Positions 50,701-64,000 of a stretch of DNA of 64,000 nucleotides are shown one piece after another. Source of the stretch: Anthoceros angustus. Its lineage: Eukaryota > Plantae > Anthocerotophyta. The position numbers and the translations under genes were made by a program. The notes under the pieces were generated by a model. It saw only the letters and a list, made by a program, of their open reading frames with translations, was not told where the DNA came from and did no database searches. The stretch spans positions 124,001-188,000 of the forward strand of contig MU008211.1 of the NCBI GenBank assembly GCA_010909165.1. The letters run 5' to 3'. How positions within the stretch are numbered: the first letter of the stretch is position 1; the number at the start of each line of letters is the position of its first letter.

Positions 50701-53700
50701 CTTGGTCCTCGAAATACCCAATAGTGTAGCTCACTATAGATGTCCTCGAGATACCCAATAGTGTAGCTCGACTACATATGTCCCTCGAAATACCCAATAA
50801 TGTAGCTCGACTATATATGTACTTCTTCGCCACTTCCACCTTCCAATTCAGTTTTAGTTCCTCAGTCTCGACCCTTATGTCAGGTCATAGGCACTCGAGA
50901 TTACCCGTTGATAAAAGTAAAAGTACACTCACTCCACGCAAGAGCTGTTGAAATTGCTAATGAACCACAACTCGCGTTGTCCGAATTGGTTCCCGTAAAC
51001 CAAGCTAGTAAGGTGTCCAATCACTAAGGATTGTTCATCCAAATGTCCTTTGAAATGAATCGCGTGGAGGATAGAGTAGGGGCTAAGCACAAAGGGCGTC
51101 AAAAGGCTCAAGAACAAGATGAAAGATTGCACAACAAATGTTGCGAAGGACGCAAGAGTTCACAATGATGATGTACAAGAAGATGACCAAGGCGTGATTC
51201 GATTTGCACAAGAGCTAGAGAAGAATGTGGTCCAGAGGAACATGATTGATGAGCATGTCTTTCCAACCATTATCGGCCTAAGCGCAGCAGCGGGCGTCAA
51301 AAGGCTCAAAGAACAAGATGAAAGATTGCCGCAACAAATGTTGCGAAGGAGAGTTCACAATGATGATGTACAAGAAGATGACCTAGGCGTGATTCGATTT
51401 GCACAAGAGATAGAAGAATCGCCGGAAGTCCGAGATGAACATGAGTCGGTTATAAGCATGCCTTTCCAACCATCGCCGGCACCTAAGCGCAGCCGCAGAC
51501 GTCCAAAAGGCTCAAAGAACAAGATGAAAGATTGCTGCACAAAAAATGTTGCGAAGGACACAAGAGTTCACAATGATGATGTACAAGAAGATGACCAAGG
51601 CGTGATTCGATTTGCACAAGAGCTAGAGAAAAATCGCCGGAAGTCGAGATGAACATGAGTCGGTTATAAGCATGCCTTTCCAACCATCGCGGCACCTAAG
51701 CGCCAGAGGGCGTCAAAAGGCTCAAAGAACAAGATGAAAGATTGCTGCACAACAAATGTTGCGAAGGACACAAGAGTTCACAATGATGATGTACAAGAAG
51801 ATGACCAAGGCGTGATTCGATTTGCACAAGAGCTAGAGAAAAATCCGAGATGAACATGAGGTTATAAGCATGCCTTTCCAACCATCGCGGCACCTAAGCG
51901 CGGGAGACGTCAAAAGGCTCAAGAACAAGTTGAAGCATTGCCGCACAACAAATGTTGCGAAGGTGAGAGTCCGCAATGATCATGTACAAGATGATGATCA
52001 AGATTTGATTCAATTTGCACAAGAGTTAGAGCAAGATGCAGCCGGAGTCAAGATGAACATGAGGTTAGAAGCAAGTCCATCCCATACAGCGCCTAAGCGC
52101 GAGGGGGCGTTCAAAGGGATAAAGAACAAGCGAATTGCCAAAAAATTGAATCGGATGTCGAGGTTGACAATGATCGACATGCGGAAGAACTCGAACAAGA
52201 GCATGATCTAAACCGATTCGAACAAGAATTAGTCTTTGAATATGCTAGAAGCCCAAGATGAAGATGAGGTTATCCACCGTCGATGATCATGTTGCTCGGA
52301 ACCGGTTGGTTTGACCAATATGTTGCCAAAATTAGATCTGCACGATCTCTAGGCGCAGAGAGAGCAAATAGAGGCAATGAATCGGCGAGTCCACATGGAG
52401 CTGCCACATGTCCCAAAGCGCCAAAATCGGGGATGCAGGGCGGAGCACCCGTTGGCGTCCAAAGCTTCTCCGTTTATGATCTTGTATTGTGTAGTGTCAC
52501 GGGGTTTAATTCTTATGGAGTCGCCATGGGTACGGAAAGTCGTCTTGAGACTAACCTAGTGATTATAAAACATGTATTTGAGTGTCTAAAGGTACTAAAC
52601 CCAGGATAGCCACCATGTTTTAGGGTCTAGACTATCCTTTTCTTTTTGTTTCAATAAATCAAAAACTTTTAGTTTAATTCAATGCATCTCAAGATTCGTC
52701 TAAAAGCGGTATGAAACCACTACCCATCATTCTCCTCCTCCTCCCCTCCATGCAAACCAACCTTTGAAACAAAGCTGGATGATGAGCACGCCGCCCTCAA
52801 AACATGGTTGTGTAGTCCACACCATCAAATGAGGTTTTCAACCTGCGCTAACCACACTACTCCATTCTTGCCGCGCCAAGCGCTGCGGTCACACCTTTGC
52901 AAATAAGCTCAGCCATCAGCCGCCACACACCACATCGTTGAGAGCAATCCAAACAATACACGCCTTTATCCATACGTTGATATGATCATGAGCTCATAAG
53001 CGGGTTGTGAGTTGCGGCTTCCAATCCTCATAGCCTCTGCGCTCCAGGCGATGCGCGCCTTACGCTCGTCACTATGCGGGCATGGCTACACTGAACGAGA
53101 TGCCTCCTATTGGTGTTCCACTCCCTTGGTTTGAAAGATACGCTTGTGGCTTAGGTAATTTTCGCTCCTTCAATAGGATAAATGAAGTGTCAAGGTAGGT
53201 GAGCTTGACCCGTATGCCCGATCGCGAGAGTGGTGTCGTCCATTTCTAATGAGATTGCGTTTTACTCAACTTCATATTTGTTGATATTGTCATGTATTTC
53301 ATAAATGAGGACCATGACAATTACCAGCACCATTCCTCTATCCGTTGATGTGCACATTACGGTTTCCATCTTCTTCCATATGGAGCGTTGTATGAGTTAA
53401 CGGTGCACCGTTCCTTGGATTTCTCCTCCATTGGTTCACTATCAAGGCTAGCACTATGCGTGTATCGCGGATCCGGACTTGTCCGGTATCAATGGGGCAA
53501 ACAAGCTCGTCGCGTTTGGCTTTTCAAGCTTTTATTAGATCTAGACATGGAGGCCAACTTGTGCGGATCAACTACTTATCACAATTATGAAAGCGGGGAG
53601 GAAGGAAGGATTGTTCCTTGGTCCTCAAAATTCCATACCTCATAATTGAAGGAAACTCAGGATCGTTCCTTGGTCTCGAAATTCCATACCTCATAATTGA

Positions 53701-54110
53701 AGGAAACTCAAGGATCGTTCCTTGGTCCTCAAAATTCCATACCTCATAATTGAAGGAAACTCAAGGATCGTTCCTTGGTCCTCGAAATACCCAATAGTGT
53801 AGCTCGACTATAGATGTCCTCGAGATACCCAATAGTGTAGCTCGACTACATATGTCCCTCGAAATACCCAATAATGTAGCTCGACTATATATGTACTTCT
53901 TACACTTCCACCTTCCAATTCACTTTTAGTTCCTCAGTCTACCCTTTATAACCGGGTCATAGGCGCTCGAGATTGCGTTGATAAAAGTAAAGTACACTCA
54001 CTCCACGCAAGAGCTGTTGAAATTGCTAATGAACCACAACTCGCGTTGTCCGAATTGGTTCCGTAAACCAAGCTAGTAAGGTGTCCAATCACTAAGGATT
54101 GTTCATCCAA

Positions 54111-55399
54111 ATGTCCTTTGAAATGAATCGCGTGGAGGATAGAGTAGGGGCTAAGCACAAAGGACGTCAAAAGGCTCAAAGAACAAGATGAAAGATTGCA
54201 CAACAAATGTTGCGAAGGACGCAAGAGTTCACAATGATGATGTACAAGAAGATGACCAAGGCGTGATTCGATTTGCACAAGAGCTAGAGAAGAATGTGTG
54301 AGTCAGAGGAACATGATTCGTCGTAGGCATGTCTTTCCAACCATTGTCGGCGCCTAAGCGCAGCGGGCGTCAAAAGGCTCAAAGAACAAGATGAAAGATT
54401 GCACAACAAATGTTGCGAAGGGCGCAAGAGTTCACAATGATGATGTACAAGAAGATGACCTAGGCGTGATTCGATTTGCACAAGAGATAGAGAAGAATTT
54501 GTCGGAAGTCCGAGATGAACATGAGTCGGTTATAAGCATGCCTTTCCAACCATCGCCGGCACCTAAGCGCAGCCGCGGACGTCCAAAAGGCTCAAAGAAC
54601 AAGATGAAAGATTGCTGCACAAAAAATGTTGCGAAGGACACAAGAGTTCACAATGATGATGTACAAGAGGATGACCAAGGCGTGATTCGATTTGCACAAG
54701 AGCTAGAGAAAAATCTGTCGGAAGTCCGAGATGAACATGAGTCGGTTATAAGCATGCCTTTCCAACCATCGCCGGCACCTAAGCGCAGCCGCGGACGTCC
54801 AAAAGGCTCAAAGAACAAGTTGAAGCATTGTCGCACAACAAATGTTGCGAAGGTCGTGAGAGTCCGCAATGATCATGTACAAGATGATGATCAAGATTTG
54901 ATTCAATTTGCACAAGAGTTAGAGCAAGATCGCTTAAGTCCAAGATGAACATGAGGTTAGAAGCAAGTCCATCCCACGCCACCAGCCTAAGCGCCGGGGG
55001 CGTTCAAAGGGGATAAAGAACAAGCCGAAGGATTGCCAAAAAAAATTTGCGAATCTGGATGTCGAGGTTGACAATGATCGACATGCAGAAGAACTCGAAC
55101 ATGAGCATGATCTAAACCGATTCGAACAAGAATTAGTGCTGAATATGCTAGAAGCCCAAGATGAAGATGAGGTTATCCGGCCTCTGGTCGATGATCATGT
55201 TGCTCGGAACCGGATTTGGTTTGACCAATATGTTGCCAAAATTAGATCTGCACGATCTCTAAGGCGCAAGAGAGAGCAAATAGAGGCAATGAATCGGCGA
55301 GTCCACATGGAGCTACCGCATGTCCCAAAGCGCCAAAAATGCGGACAGGATGCAAGGACGGAGCACCCCGTTGACGTCCAAAGCTTCTCCCGTTTATGA
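54111..55399 (+). CDS. Multi-AT-hook repeat protein encoded in each macrosatellite unit (unit 3 shown; others at ~48054-49497, 51047-52480, 57059-58320 and 61183-62450)
   Basis: MSFEMNRVEDRVGAKHKGRPKGSKNK, then 216-bp/72-aa repeats (KRSRGRPKGSKNKMKDC..DDVQEDDQGVIRFAQELEK..PFQPSPAP), then an acidic/basic tail ending KRKREQIEAMNRR..SFSRL*. Broken by small indels in every copy. Confidence 0.65.
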
Positions 55400-58300
55400 T
55401 CTTGTATTGTGTAGCAGTGCGGGGTTTAATTCTTATGGAGTCGCCATGGCTGGCTGGAAAGTCGTGGGCTGAGACTAACCTAGTGATTATAAAACATGTA
55501 TTTGAGTGTCTAAAGGTACTAAACCCCAGGATAGCCACCATGTTTTAGGGTCTAGACTATCCTTTTCTTTTTGTTTCAATAAATCAAAAACTTTTAGTTT
55601 AATTCAATGCATCTCCAAGATTCGTCTAAAAACTAGTATGAAACCACTACCCATCATTCTCCTCCTCCTCCCTCCATGCCGAGCCAACCTTTGAAACAAG
55701 CTCGGATGATGAGCTGCGCCCCTCAAAACATGGTTGTTGTAGTCCACACCATCAAATGAGGTTTTTCAACCTGCGCTTCAACCACACTACTCCATTCTTG
55801 CCGCGCAAAGCGCGCAGTCACCTTTGCAAATAAGCTCATCAGCGCCACACACACCCTTTCGTTGAGAGCAATCCAAACAATACCGTCTTTCACCTTGCAT
55901 TGATATGATCATGAGCTCATAATTGGGTTGTGAGTTGCGACTTCCAATCCTCATAGCCCTCATTGCGCTCCAAGCGATCGCGCCTTGCCACGCTTCGTCA
56001 CTATGCAGGCATGGGCAACTACACTCGTGAGCGAGATGCCTCCTATTCTTTGGGTGTTCCCACTCCCTTGGTTTGAAAGATACCGCTTGTGGCTTAGGTA
56101 ATTTTACGCTCCTTCAATAGGATAAATGAAGTGTCAAGGTAGGTGAGCTTGACCCGTAGCGATCGCGAAGAGTGGTGTCGTCCATTTCTAATGAGATTGC
56201 GTTTTACTCAACTTCATATTTGTTGATATTGTCATGTATTTCATAAATGAGGACCATGACAATTACCAGCACCATTCCTCTATCCGTTGATGTGCACATT
56301 ACGGTTTCCACATCTTCTTCCATATGGAGCGTTGTATGAGTTAACGGTGCACCCGTTCCTTGGATTTCTCCTCCATTGGTTCACTATCAAGGCTAGCACT
56401 ATGCATTATCGCGGATCCGGACTTGTCCGATCAATGGGGCAAACAAGCTCGTGCGTTTGGCTTTTCAAGCTTTTATTAGATCTAGACATGGAGGCCAACT
56501 TGTACCGGATCAACTACTTATCACAATTATGAAAGCCGTGGAGGAAGGAAGGATTGTTCCTTGGTCCTCAAAATTCCATACCTCATAATTGAAGGAAACT
56601 CAAGGATCGTTCCTTGGTCCTCGAAATTCCATACCTCATAATTGAAGGAAACTCAAGGATCGTTCCTTGGTCCTCAAAATTCCATACCTCATAATTGAAG
56701 GAAACTCAAGGATGGTTCCTTGGTCCTCGAAATACCCAATAGTGTGTGGCTCGACTATAGATGTCCCTCGAGATACCCAATAGTGTAGCTCGACTACATA
56801 TGTCCTCGAAATACCCAATAATGTAGCTCGACTATATATGTACTTCTTCGCCACTTCCACCTTCCAATTCACTTTTAGTTCCTCGGTCTAGACCCTTATG
56901 TCGTCATAGGCTCGAGATTACCCGTTGATAAAAGTAAAAGTACACTCACTCCACGCAAGAGCTGTTGAAATTGCTAATGAACCACAACTAGCGTTGTCCG
57001 AATTGGTTCCCGTAAACCAAGCTAGTAAGGTGTCCAATCACTAAGGATTGTTCATCCAAATGTCCTTTGAAATGAATCGCGTGGAGGATAGAGTAGGGGC
57101 TAAGCACAAAGGGCGTCCAAAAGGCTCAAAGAACAAGATGAAAGATTGCCGCAACAAATGTTGCGAAGGCGCAAGAGTTCACAATGATGATGTACAAGAA
57201 GATGACCAAGGCGTGATTCGGTTGCACAAGAGCTAGAGAAGAATGTCGGAAGTCCGAGAGGAACATGATTGATCGTAGGCATGTCTTTCCAACCATTGTC
57301 GGCGCCTAAGCGCGGCGACGTCAAAAGGCTCAAAGAACAAGATGAAAGATTGCCGCAACAAATGTTGCGAAGGACGCAGAGTTCACAATGATGATGTACA
57401 AGAAGATGACCTAGGCGTGATTCGATTTGCACAAGAGATAGAGAAGAATGAGTCCGAGATGAACATGAGTCGGTTATAAGCATGCCTTTCCAACCATCGC
57501 CGGCACCTAAGCGCAGCCGCGGACGTCAAAAGGCTCAAAGAACAAGATGAAAGATTGTCTGCACAACAAATGTTGCGAAGGACACAAGAGTTCACAATGA
57601 TGATGTACAAGAGGATGACCAAGGCGTGATTCGATTTGCACAAGAGCTAGAGAAAATCATCGAGTCCGAGATGAACATGAGTCGGTTATAAGCATGCCTT
57701 TCCAACCATCGGCACCTAAGCGCTTGATGACGTCAAAAGGCTCAAAGAACAAGTTGAAGCATTGCCGCACAACAAATGTTGCGAAGGTCGTGAGAGTCCG
57801 CAATGATCATGTACAAGATGATGATCAAGATTTGATTCAATTTGCACAAGAGTTAGAGCAAGATCGCCGAGTCCAAGATGAACATGAGGTTAGAAGCAAG
57901 TCCATCCCACCGCCAGCGCCTAAGCGCAGGGGGGCGTTCAAAGGGATAAAGAACAAGCCGAAGGATTGCCAAAAATTTGCGGTCGGATGTCGAGGTTGAC
58001 AATGATCGACATGCGGAAGAACTTCGAACATGAGCATGATCTAAACCGATTCAACAAGAATTAGTGCTGAATATGCTAGAAGCCCAAGATGAAGATGAGG
58101 TTATCCACCTCGGTCGATGATCATGTTGCTCGGAACCGGTTGGTTTGACCAATATGTTGCCAAAATTAGATGCCACGATCTCTAGGGCGCAAGAGAGAGC
58201 AAATAGAGGCAATGAATCGTAGTCCACATGGAGCTGCCGCATGTCCCAAAGCGCCAAAAATGCGGACGGGATGCAAGGACGGAGCACCCGTTGACGTCAA

Positions 58301-60857
58301 AGCTTCTCCGTTTATGATCTTGTATTGTGTAGCGGTCTGGGTTTAATTCTTATGGAGTCGCCATGGTCTGGTGGAAAGTCGTCTGAGACTAACCTAGTGA
58401 TTATAAAACATGTATTTGAGTGTCTAAAGGTACTAAACCCGGGATAGCCACCATGTTTTAGGGTCTAGACTATCCTTTTCTTTTGTTTCAATAAATCAAA
58501 ACTTTTAGTTTAATTCAATGCATCTCCAAGATTCGTCTAAAAGCGGTATGAAACCACTACCCATCATTCTCCTCCTCCTCCCTCCATGCCGAGCCAACCA
58601 ACCTTTGAAACAAACTGGATGTCGAGGTTGACAATGATCGACATGCAAGAACTCAACATGAGCATGATCTAAACCGATTCGAACAAGAATTAGTGCTGAA
58701 TATGCTAGAAGCCCAAGATGAAGATGAGGTTATCCGGTCGGCGATGATCATGTTGCTCGGAACCGGTTGGTTTGACCAATATGTTGCCAAAATTAGATCC
58801 GCACGATCTCTAGGGCGCAAGAGAGAGCAAATAGAGGCAATGAATCGGGCGAGTCCATGGAGCTGCATGTCCCAAAGCGCCAAAAATGCGGACGGATGCA
58901 AGGACGGAGCACCCCGCTGACGCCCAAAGCTTTTATGATCTTGTATTGTGTAGCAAAGGGGTTTAATTCTTATGGAGTCGCCATGGTCGGTGGAAAGTCG
59001 TCTGAGACTAACCTAGTGATTATAAAACATGTATTTGAGTGTCTAAAGGTACTAAACCCGGGATAGCCACCATGTTTTAGGGTCTAGACTATCCTTTTCT
59101 TTTGTTTCAATAAATCAAAACTTTTAGTTTAATTCAATGCATCTCCAAGATTCGTCTAAAAGCGGTATGAACCACTACCCATCATTCTCCTCCTCCTCCC
59201 TCCATGCCGAGCCAACCAACCTTTGAAACAAACTGGATGTCGAGGTTGACAATGATCGACATGCAAGAACTCAACATGAGCATGATCTAAACCGATTCGA
59301 ACAAGAATTAGTGCTGAATATGCTAGAAGCCCAAGATGAAGATGAGGTTATCCGGTCGGCGATGATCATGTTGCTCGGAACCGGTTGGTTTGACCAATAT
59401 GTTGCCAAAATTAGATCCGCACGATCTCTAGGGCGCAAGAGAGAGCAAATAGAGGCAATGAATCGGGCGAGTCCATGGAGCTGCATGTCCCAAAGCGCCA
59501 AAAATGCGGACGGATGCAAGGACGGAGCACCCCGCTGACGCCCAAAGCTTTTATGATCTTGTATTGTGTAGCAAAGGCGGGTTTAATTCTTATGGAGTCG
59601 CCATGGTCGGTGGAAAGTCGTCTGAGACTAACCTAGTGATTATAAAACATGTATTTGAGTGTCTAAAGGTACTAAACCCGGGATAGCCACCATGTTTTAG
59701 GGTCTAGACTATCCTTTTCTTTTTGTTTCAATAAATCAAAAACTTTTAGTTTAATTCAATGCATCTCCAAGATTCGTCTAAAAACTAGTATGAAACCACT
59801 ACCCATCATTCTCCTCCTCCTCCCCTCCATGCCGAGCCAACCAGCACTGAAACAAACTGGATGATGAGCCTGCACGCCCCTCCAAAACATGGTTTAGGCT
59901 GTAGTCCACACCATCAAATGAGGTTTTTCAACCCTGCGCTTCAACCACACTACTCCATTCTTGCCGCCGCAAAGCGGCAACGGTCGCACCTTTGCAAATT
60001 AGCTCAGCCATCAGCCGCCACGCACACCACTGTCGCTGAGAGCAATCCAAACAATACATGCCTTTACTGCTTACACATTGATATGATCATGAGCTCATAA
60101 TTGGGTTGTGAGTTGCGACTTCCAATCCTCATAGCCCTCTGCGCTCCAAGGTCGGCGCCTTGCCACGCTTCGTCACTATGCGGGCATGGGCAGCTACACT
60201 CGTGAGCGAGATGCCTCCTATTCTTTGGGTGTTCCCACTCCTTGGTTTGAAAGATACGCGCTTGTGGCTTAGGTAATTTTACGCTCCTTCAATAGGATAA
60301 ATGAAGTGTCAAGGTAGGTGAGCTTGACCCGTGTGCCGATCGCGAAGAGTGGTGTCGTCCATTTCTAATGAGATTGCGTTTTACTCAACTTCATATTTGT
60401 TGATATTGTCATGTATTTCATAAATGAGGACCATGACAATTACCAGCACCATTCCTCTATCCGTTGATGTGCACATTACGGTTTCCACATCTTCTTCCAT
60501 ATGGAGCGTTGTATGAGTTAACGGTGCACCCGTTCCTTGGATTTCTCCTCCATTGGTTCACTATCAAGGCTAGCACTATATGCGTATCGCGGATCCGGAC
60601 TTGTCCGGTATCAATGGGGCAAACAAGCTCGTGCGCGTTTGGCTTTTCAAGCTTTTTATTAGATCTAGACATGGAGGCCAACTTGTACCAGATCAACTAC
60701 TTATCACAATTATGAAAGCCAGGGAGGAAGGAAGAATTGTTCCTTGGTCCTCAAAATTCCATACCTCATAATTGAAGGAAACTCAAGGATCGTTCCTTGG
60801 TCCTCGAAATTCCATACCTCATAATTGAAGGAAACTCAAGGATCGTTCCTTGGTCCT

Positions 60858-60975
60858 GGAAATACCCAATAGTGTAGCTCGACTATAGATGTCCCTCGAG
60901 ATACCCAATAGTGTAGCTCGACTACATATGTCCCTCGAAATACCCAATAATGTAGCTCGACTATATATGTACTTC
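60858..60975. repeat. 39-bp repeat x3 following the 53-bp repeats in every unit
   Basis: atacccaat starts at 60862, 60901 and 60940; the same triplet is present in the other units. Confidence 0.9.
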
Positions 60976-63900
60976 TTCGCCACTTCCACCTTCCAATTCA
61001 GTTTTAGTTCCTCGGTCTTTATGTCGGTCATAGGCGCCGAGATTACCCGCTTGATAAAAGTAAAGTACACTCACTCCACGCAAGAGCTGTTGAAATTGCT
61101 AATGAACCACAACTCGCGTTGTCCGAATTGGTTCCGTAAACCAAGCTAGTAAGGTGTCCAATCACTAAGGATTGTTCATCAAATGTCCTTTGAAATGAAT
61201 CGCGTGGAGGATAGAGTAGGGGCTAAGCACAAAGGGCGTCAAAAGGCTCCAAGAACAAGATGAAAGATTGCGCATGATGTTGCGAAGGACGCGAAGAGTT
61301 CACAATGATGATGTACAAGAAGATGACCAAGGCGTGATTCGATTTGCACAAGAGCTAGAGAAGAATGTGTCGGAAGTCAGAGGAACATGATTGATCGTAG
61401 GCATGTCTTTCCAACCATTGTCGGCGCCTAAGCCGCCAGCGGCGGGCGTCAAAAGGCTCAAAGAACAAGATGAAGATTGCCGCACAACAAATGTTGCGAA
61501 GGACGCAAGAGTTCACAATGATGATGTACAAGAAGATGACCTAGGCGTGATTCGATTTGCACAAGAGATAGAGAAGAATCTGTCGGAAGTCCAAGATGAA
61601 CATAAGTCGGTTATAAGCATGCCTTTCCAACCATCGCCGGCACCTAAGCGCAGCCGCGGACGTCCAAAAGGCTCAAAGAACAAGATGAAAGATTGCTGCA
61701 CAACAAATGTTGCGAAGGACACAAGAGTTCACAATGATGATGTACAAGAGGATGACCAAGGCGTGATTCGATTTGCACAAGAGCTAGAAAAATCATCGGA
61801 AGTCCGAGATGAACATGAGTCGGTTATAAGCATGCCTTTCCAACCATCGGCACCTAAGCGCGCAGCGGACGTCAAAAGGCTCAAAGAACAAGTTGAAGCA
61901 TTGCAACAAATGTTGCGAAGGTCGTGAGAGTCCGCAATGATCATGTACAAGATGATGATCAAGATTTGATTCAATTTGCACAAGAGTTAGAGCAAGATCG
62001 CCGGAAGTCCAAGATGAACATGAGGTTAGAAGCAAGTCCATCCCACCGCGCCTAAGCGCAGGAGGGGCGTTCAAAGGGATAAAGAACAAGCGAAGGATTG
62101 CCAAAAAATTGCGGTCTGGATGTCGAGGTTGACAATGATCGACATGCGTAAGAACTCGAACATGAGCATGATCTAAACCGATTCGAACAAGAATTAGTGC
62201 TGAATATGCTAGAAGCCCAAGATGAAGATGAGGTTATCCGCCTCAGTCGATGATCATGTTGCTCGGAACCGGTTGGTTTGACCAATATGTTGCCAAAATT
62301 AGATCTGCACGATCTCTAGGGCGCAGAGAGCAAATAGAGGCAATGAATCGGCGAGTCCACATGGAGCTGCCGCATGTCCCAAAGCGCCAAAAATGCGGAC
62401 AGGATGCAAGGACGGAGCACCCGTTGGCGTCAAAGCTTCTCCGTTTATGATCTTGTATTGTGTAGCGGTCGGGGTTTAATTCTTATGGAGTCGCCATGGG
62501 TGGGGAAAGTCGTCTTGTTGAGACTAACCTAGTGATTATAAAACATGTATTTGAGTGTCTAAAGGTACTAAACCCCGGATAGCCACCATGTTTTAGGGTC
62601 TAGACTATCCTTTTCTTTTGTTTCAATAAATCAAAAACTTTTAGTTTAATTCAATGCATCTCCAAGATTCGTCTAAAAGCGGTATGAAACCACTACCCAT
62701 CATTCTCCTCCTCCTCCCTCCATGCCGAGCCAACCAGCCGAAACAAACTGGATGATGTCGAGGTTGACAATGATCGACATGCGTAAGAACTCGAACATGA
62801 GCATGATCTAAACCGATTGAACAAGAATTAGTGCTGAATATGCTAGAAGCCCAAGATGAAGATGAGGTTATCCGCCTCGGTCGATGATCATGTTGCTCGG
62901 AACCGGTTGGTTTGACCAATATGTTGCCAAAATTAGATGCACACGATCTCTAGGCGCAGAGAGCAAATAGAGGCAATGAATCGGCGAGTCCACATGGAGC
63001 TGCCGCATGTCCCAAAGCGCCAAAAATGACGATGCAAGGACGGAGCACCCGTTGGCGTCCAAAGCTTCTCCCGTTTATGATCTTGTATTGTGTAGCGGTC
63101 AAGGTTTAATTCTTATGGAGTCGCCATGGCTGGAAAGTCGTCTTGTTGAGACTAACCTAGTGATTATAAAACATGTATTTGAGTGTCTAAAGGTACTAAA
63201 CCCCGGGATAGCCACCATGTTTTAGGGTCTAGACTATCCTTTTCTTTTGTTTCAATAAATCAAAAACTTTTAGTTTAATTCAATGCATCTCCAAGATTAG
63301 GTCTAAAAGCGGTATGAAACCACTACCCATCATTCTCCTCCTCCTCCCTCCATGCCGAGCCAACCAGAAAAACAAACGATGATGAGCACGCCCCTCAAAA
63401 CATGGTTCAGGTAGTCCACACCATCAAATGAGGTTTTTCAACCTGCGCTTCAACCACACTACTCCATTCTTGCGGCAAGGCGGCAGATCGCACCTTGCAA
63501 ATTAGCTCACCATCAGCCACACGCCTGCCGAGCAATCCAAACAATACACGTCTTTCACACATTGATATGATCATGAGCTCATAATTGGGTTGTGAGTTGC
63601 AGCTTCCAATCCTCATAGCCCTCGCTGCGCTCCAAGCTGATGCGCGCCTTGTCACTATGCAGGCATGGGCAACTACACTCGTGAATGAGATGCCTCCTAT
63701 TGCTGGGTGTTCCCACTCCCTTGGTTTGAAAGATACCACGCTTGTGGCTTAGGTAATTTTACGCTCCTTCAATAGGATAAATGAAGTATCAAGGTAGGTG
63801 AGCTTAACCCGTAACGCCGATCGCGAAGAGTGGTGTCGTCCATTTCTAATGAGATTTCGTTTTACTCAACTTCATATTTGTTGATATTATCATGTATTTC

Positions 63901-64000
63901 ATAAATGAGGACCATGACAATTACCAGCACCCATTCCTCTATCCGTTGATGTGCACATTACCGGTTTCCACATCTTCTTCCATATGGAACGTTGTATGAG

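Larger units (their letters stand above)
46857..64000 (+). repeat. ~3-kb macrosatellite, 5 complete units plus a partial sixth running off the window
   Basis: Units start near 46857, 50047, 53034, 55957, 60135 and 63619 (lengths ~3.19, 2.99, 2.92, 4.18 and 3.48 kb) with the same internal order of sub-blocks. Confidence 0.95.

Overview
Plant nuclear DNA, most likely a hornwort or fern-type genome (inference from the DRH/GRP-ending PPR-DYW variants and short introns). No rRNA, tRNA or CRISPR features were recognised. 0.35-2 kb: an orphan 4-exon gene model on the minus strand. 3-10 kb: two divergently oriented PLS-class PPR genes with variant DYW domains (HAEK active site, C-termini DRH and GRP, the U-to-C editing candidate type). 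Both carry an N-terminal OSB-type PDF (WWDNR...PDF) motif, and a decayed PPR relic lies between them. 11-12.4 kb: a hAT transposon remnant. 12.7-20 kb: a Ty3/gypsy retrotransposon whose pol carries a DNMT3-like C5 cytosine methyltransferase domain (motifs I, IV, VI, VIII, IX, X) between protease and RT. This is the strongest candidate for an unusual system. 21.3-42.7 kb: two head-to-head copies of an Athila/Tat-like gypsy family with a long extra ORF after integrase. 42.7-45.8 kb: the 5' half of a copia element. 46.9-64 kb: a ~3-kb macrosatellite (5 full units plus a partial one), each unit encoding a protein with 72-aa repeats that carry RGRPKGSKNK AT-hooks, plus nested 53-bp and 39-bp repeats. 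Repetitive parts are full of 1-nt deletions while unique genes are clean. This looks like unpolished long-read error, so frameshifts here do not prove pseudogenisation. Domain calls come from motif reading by eye, not from database searches.
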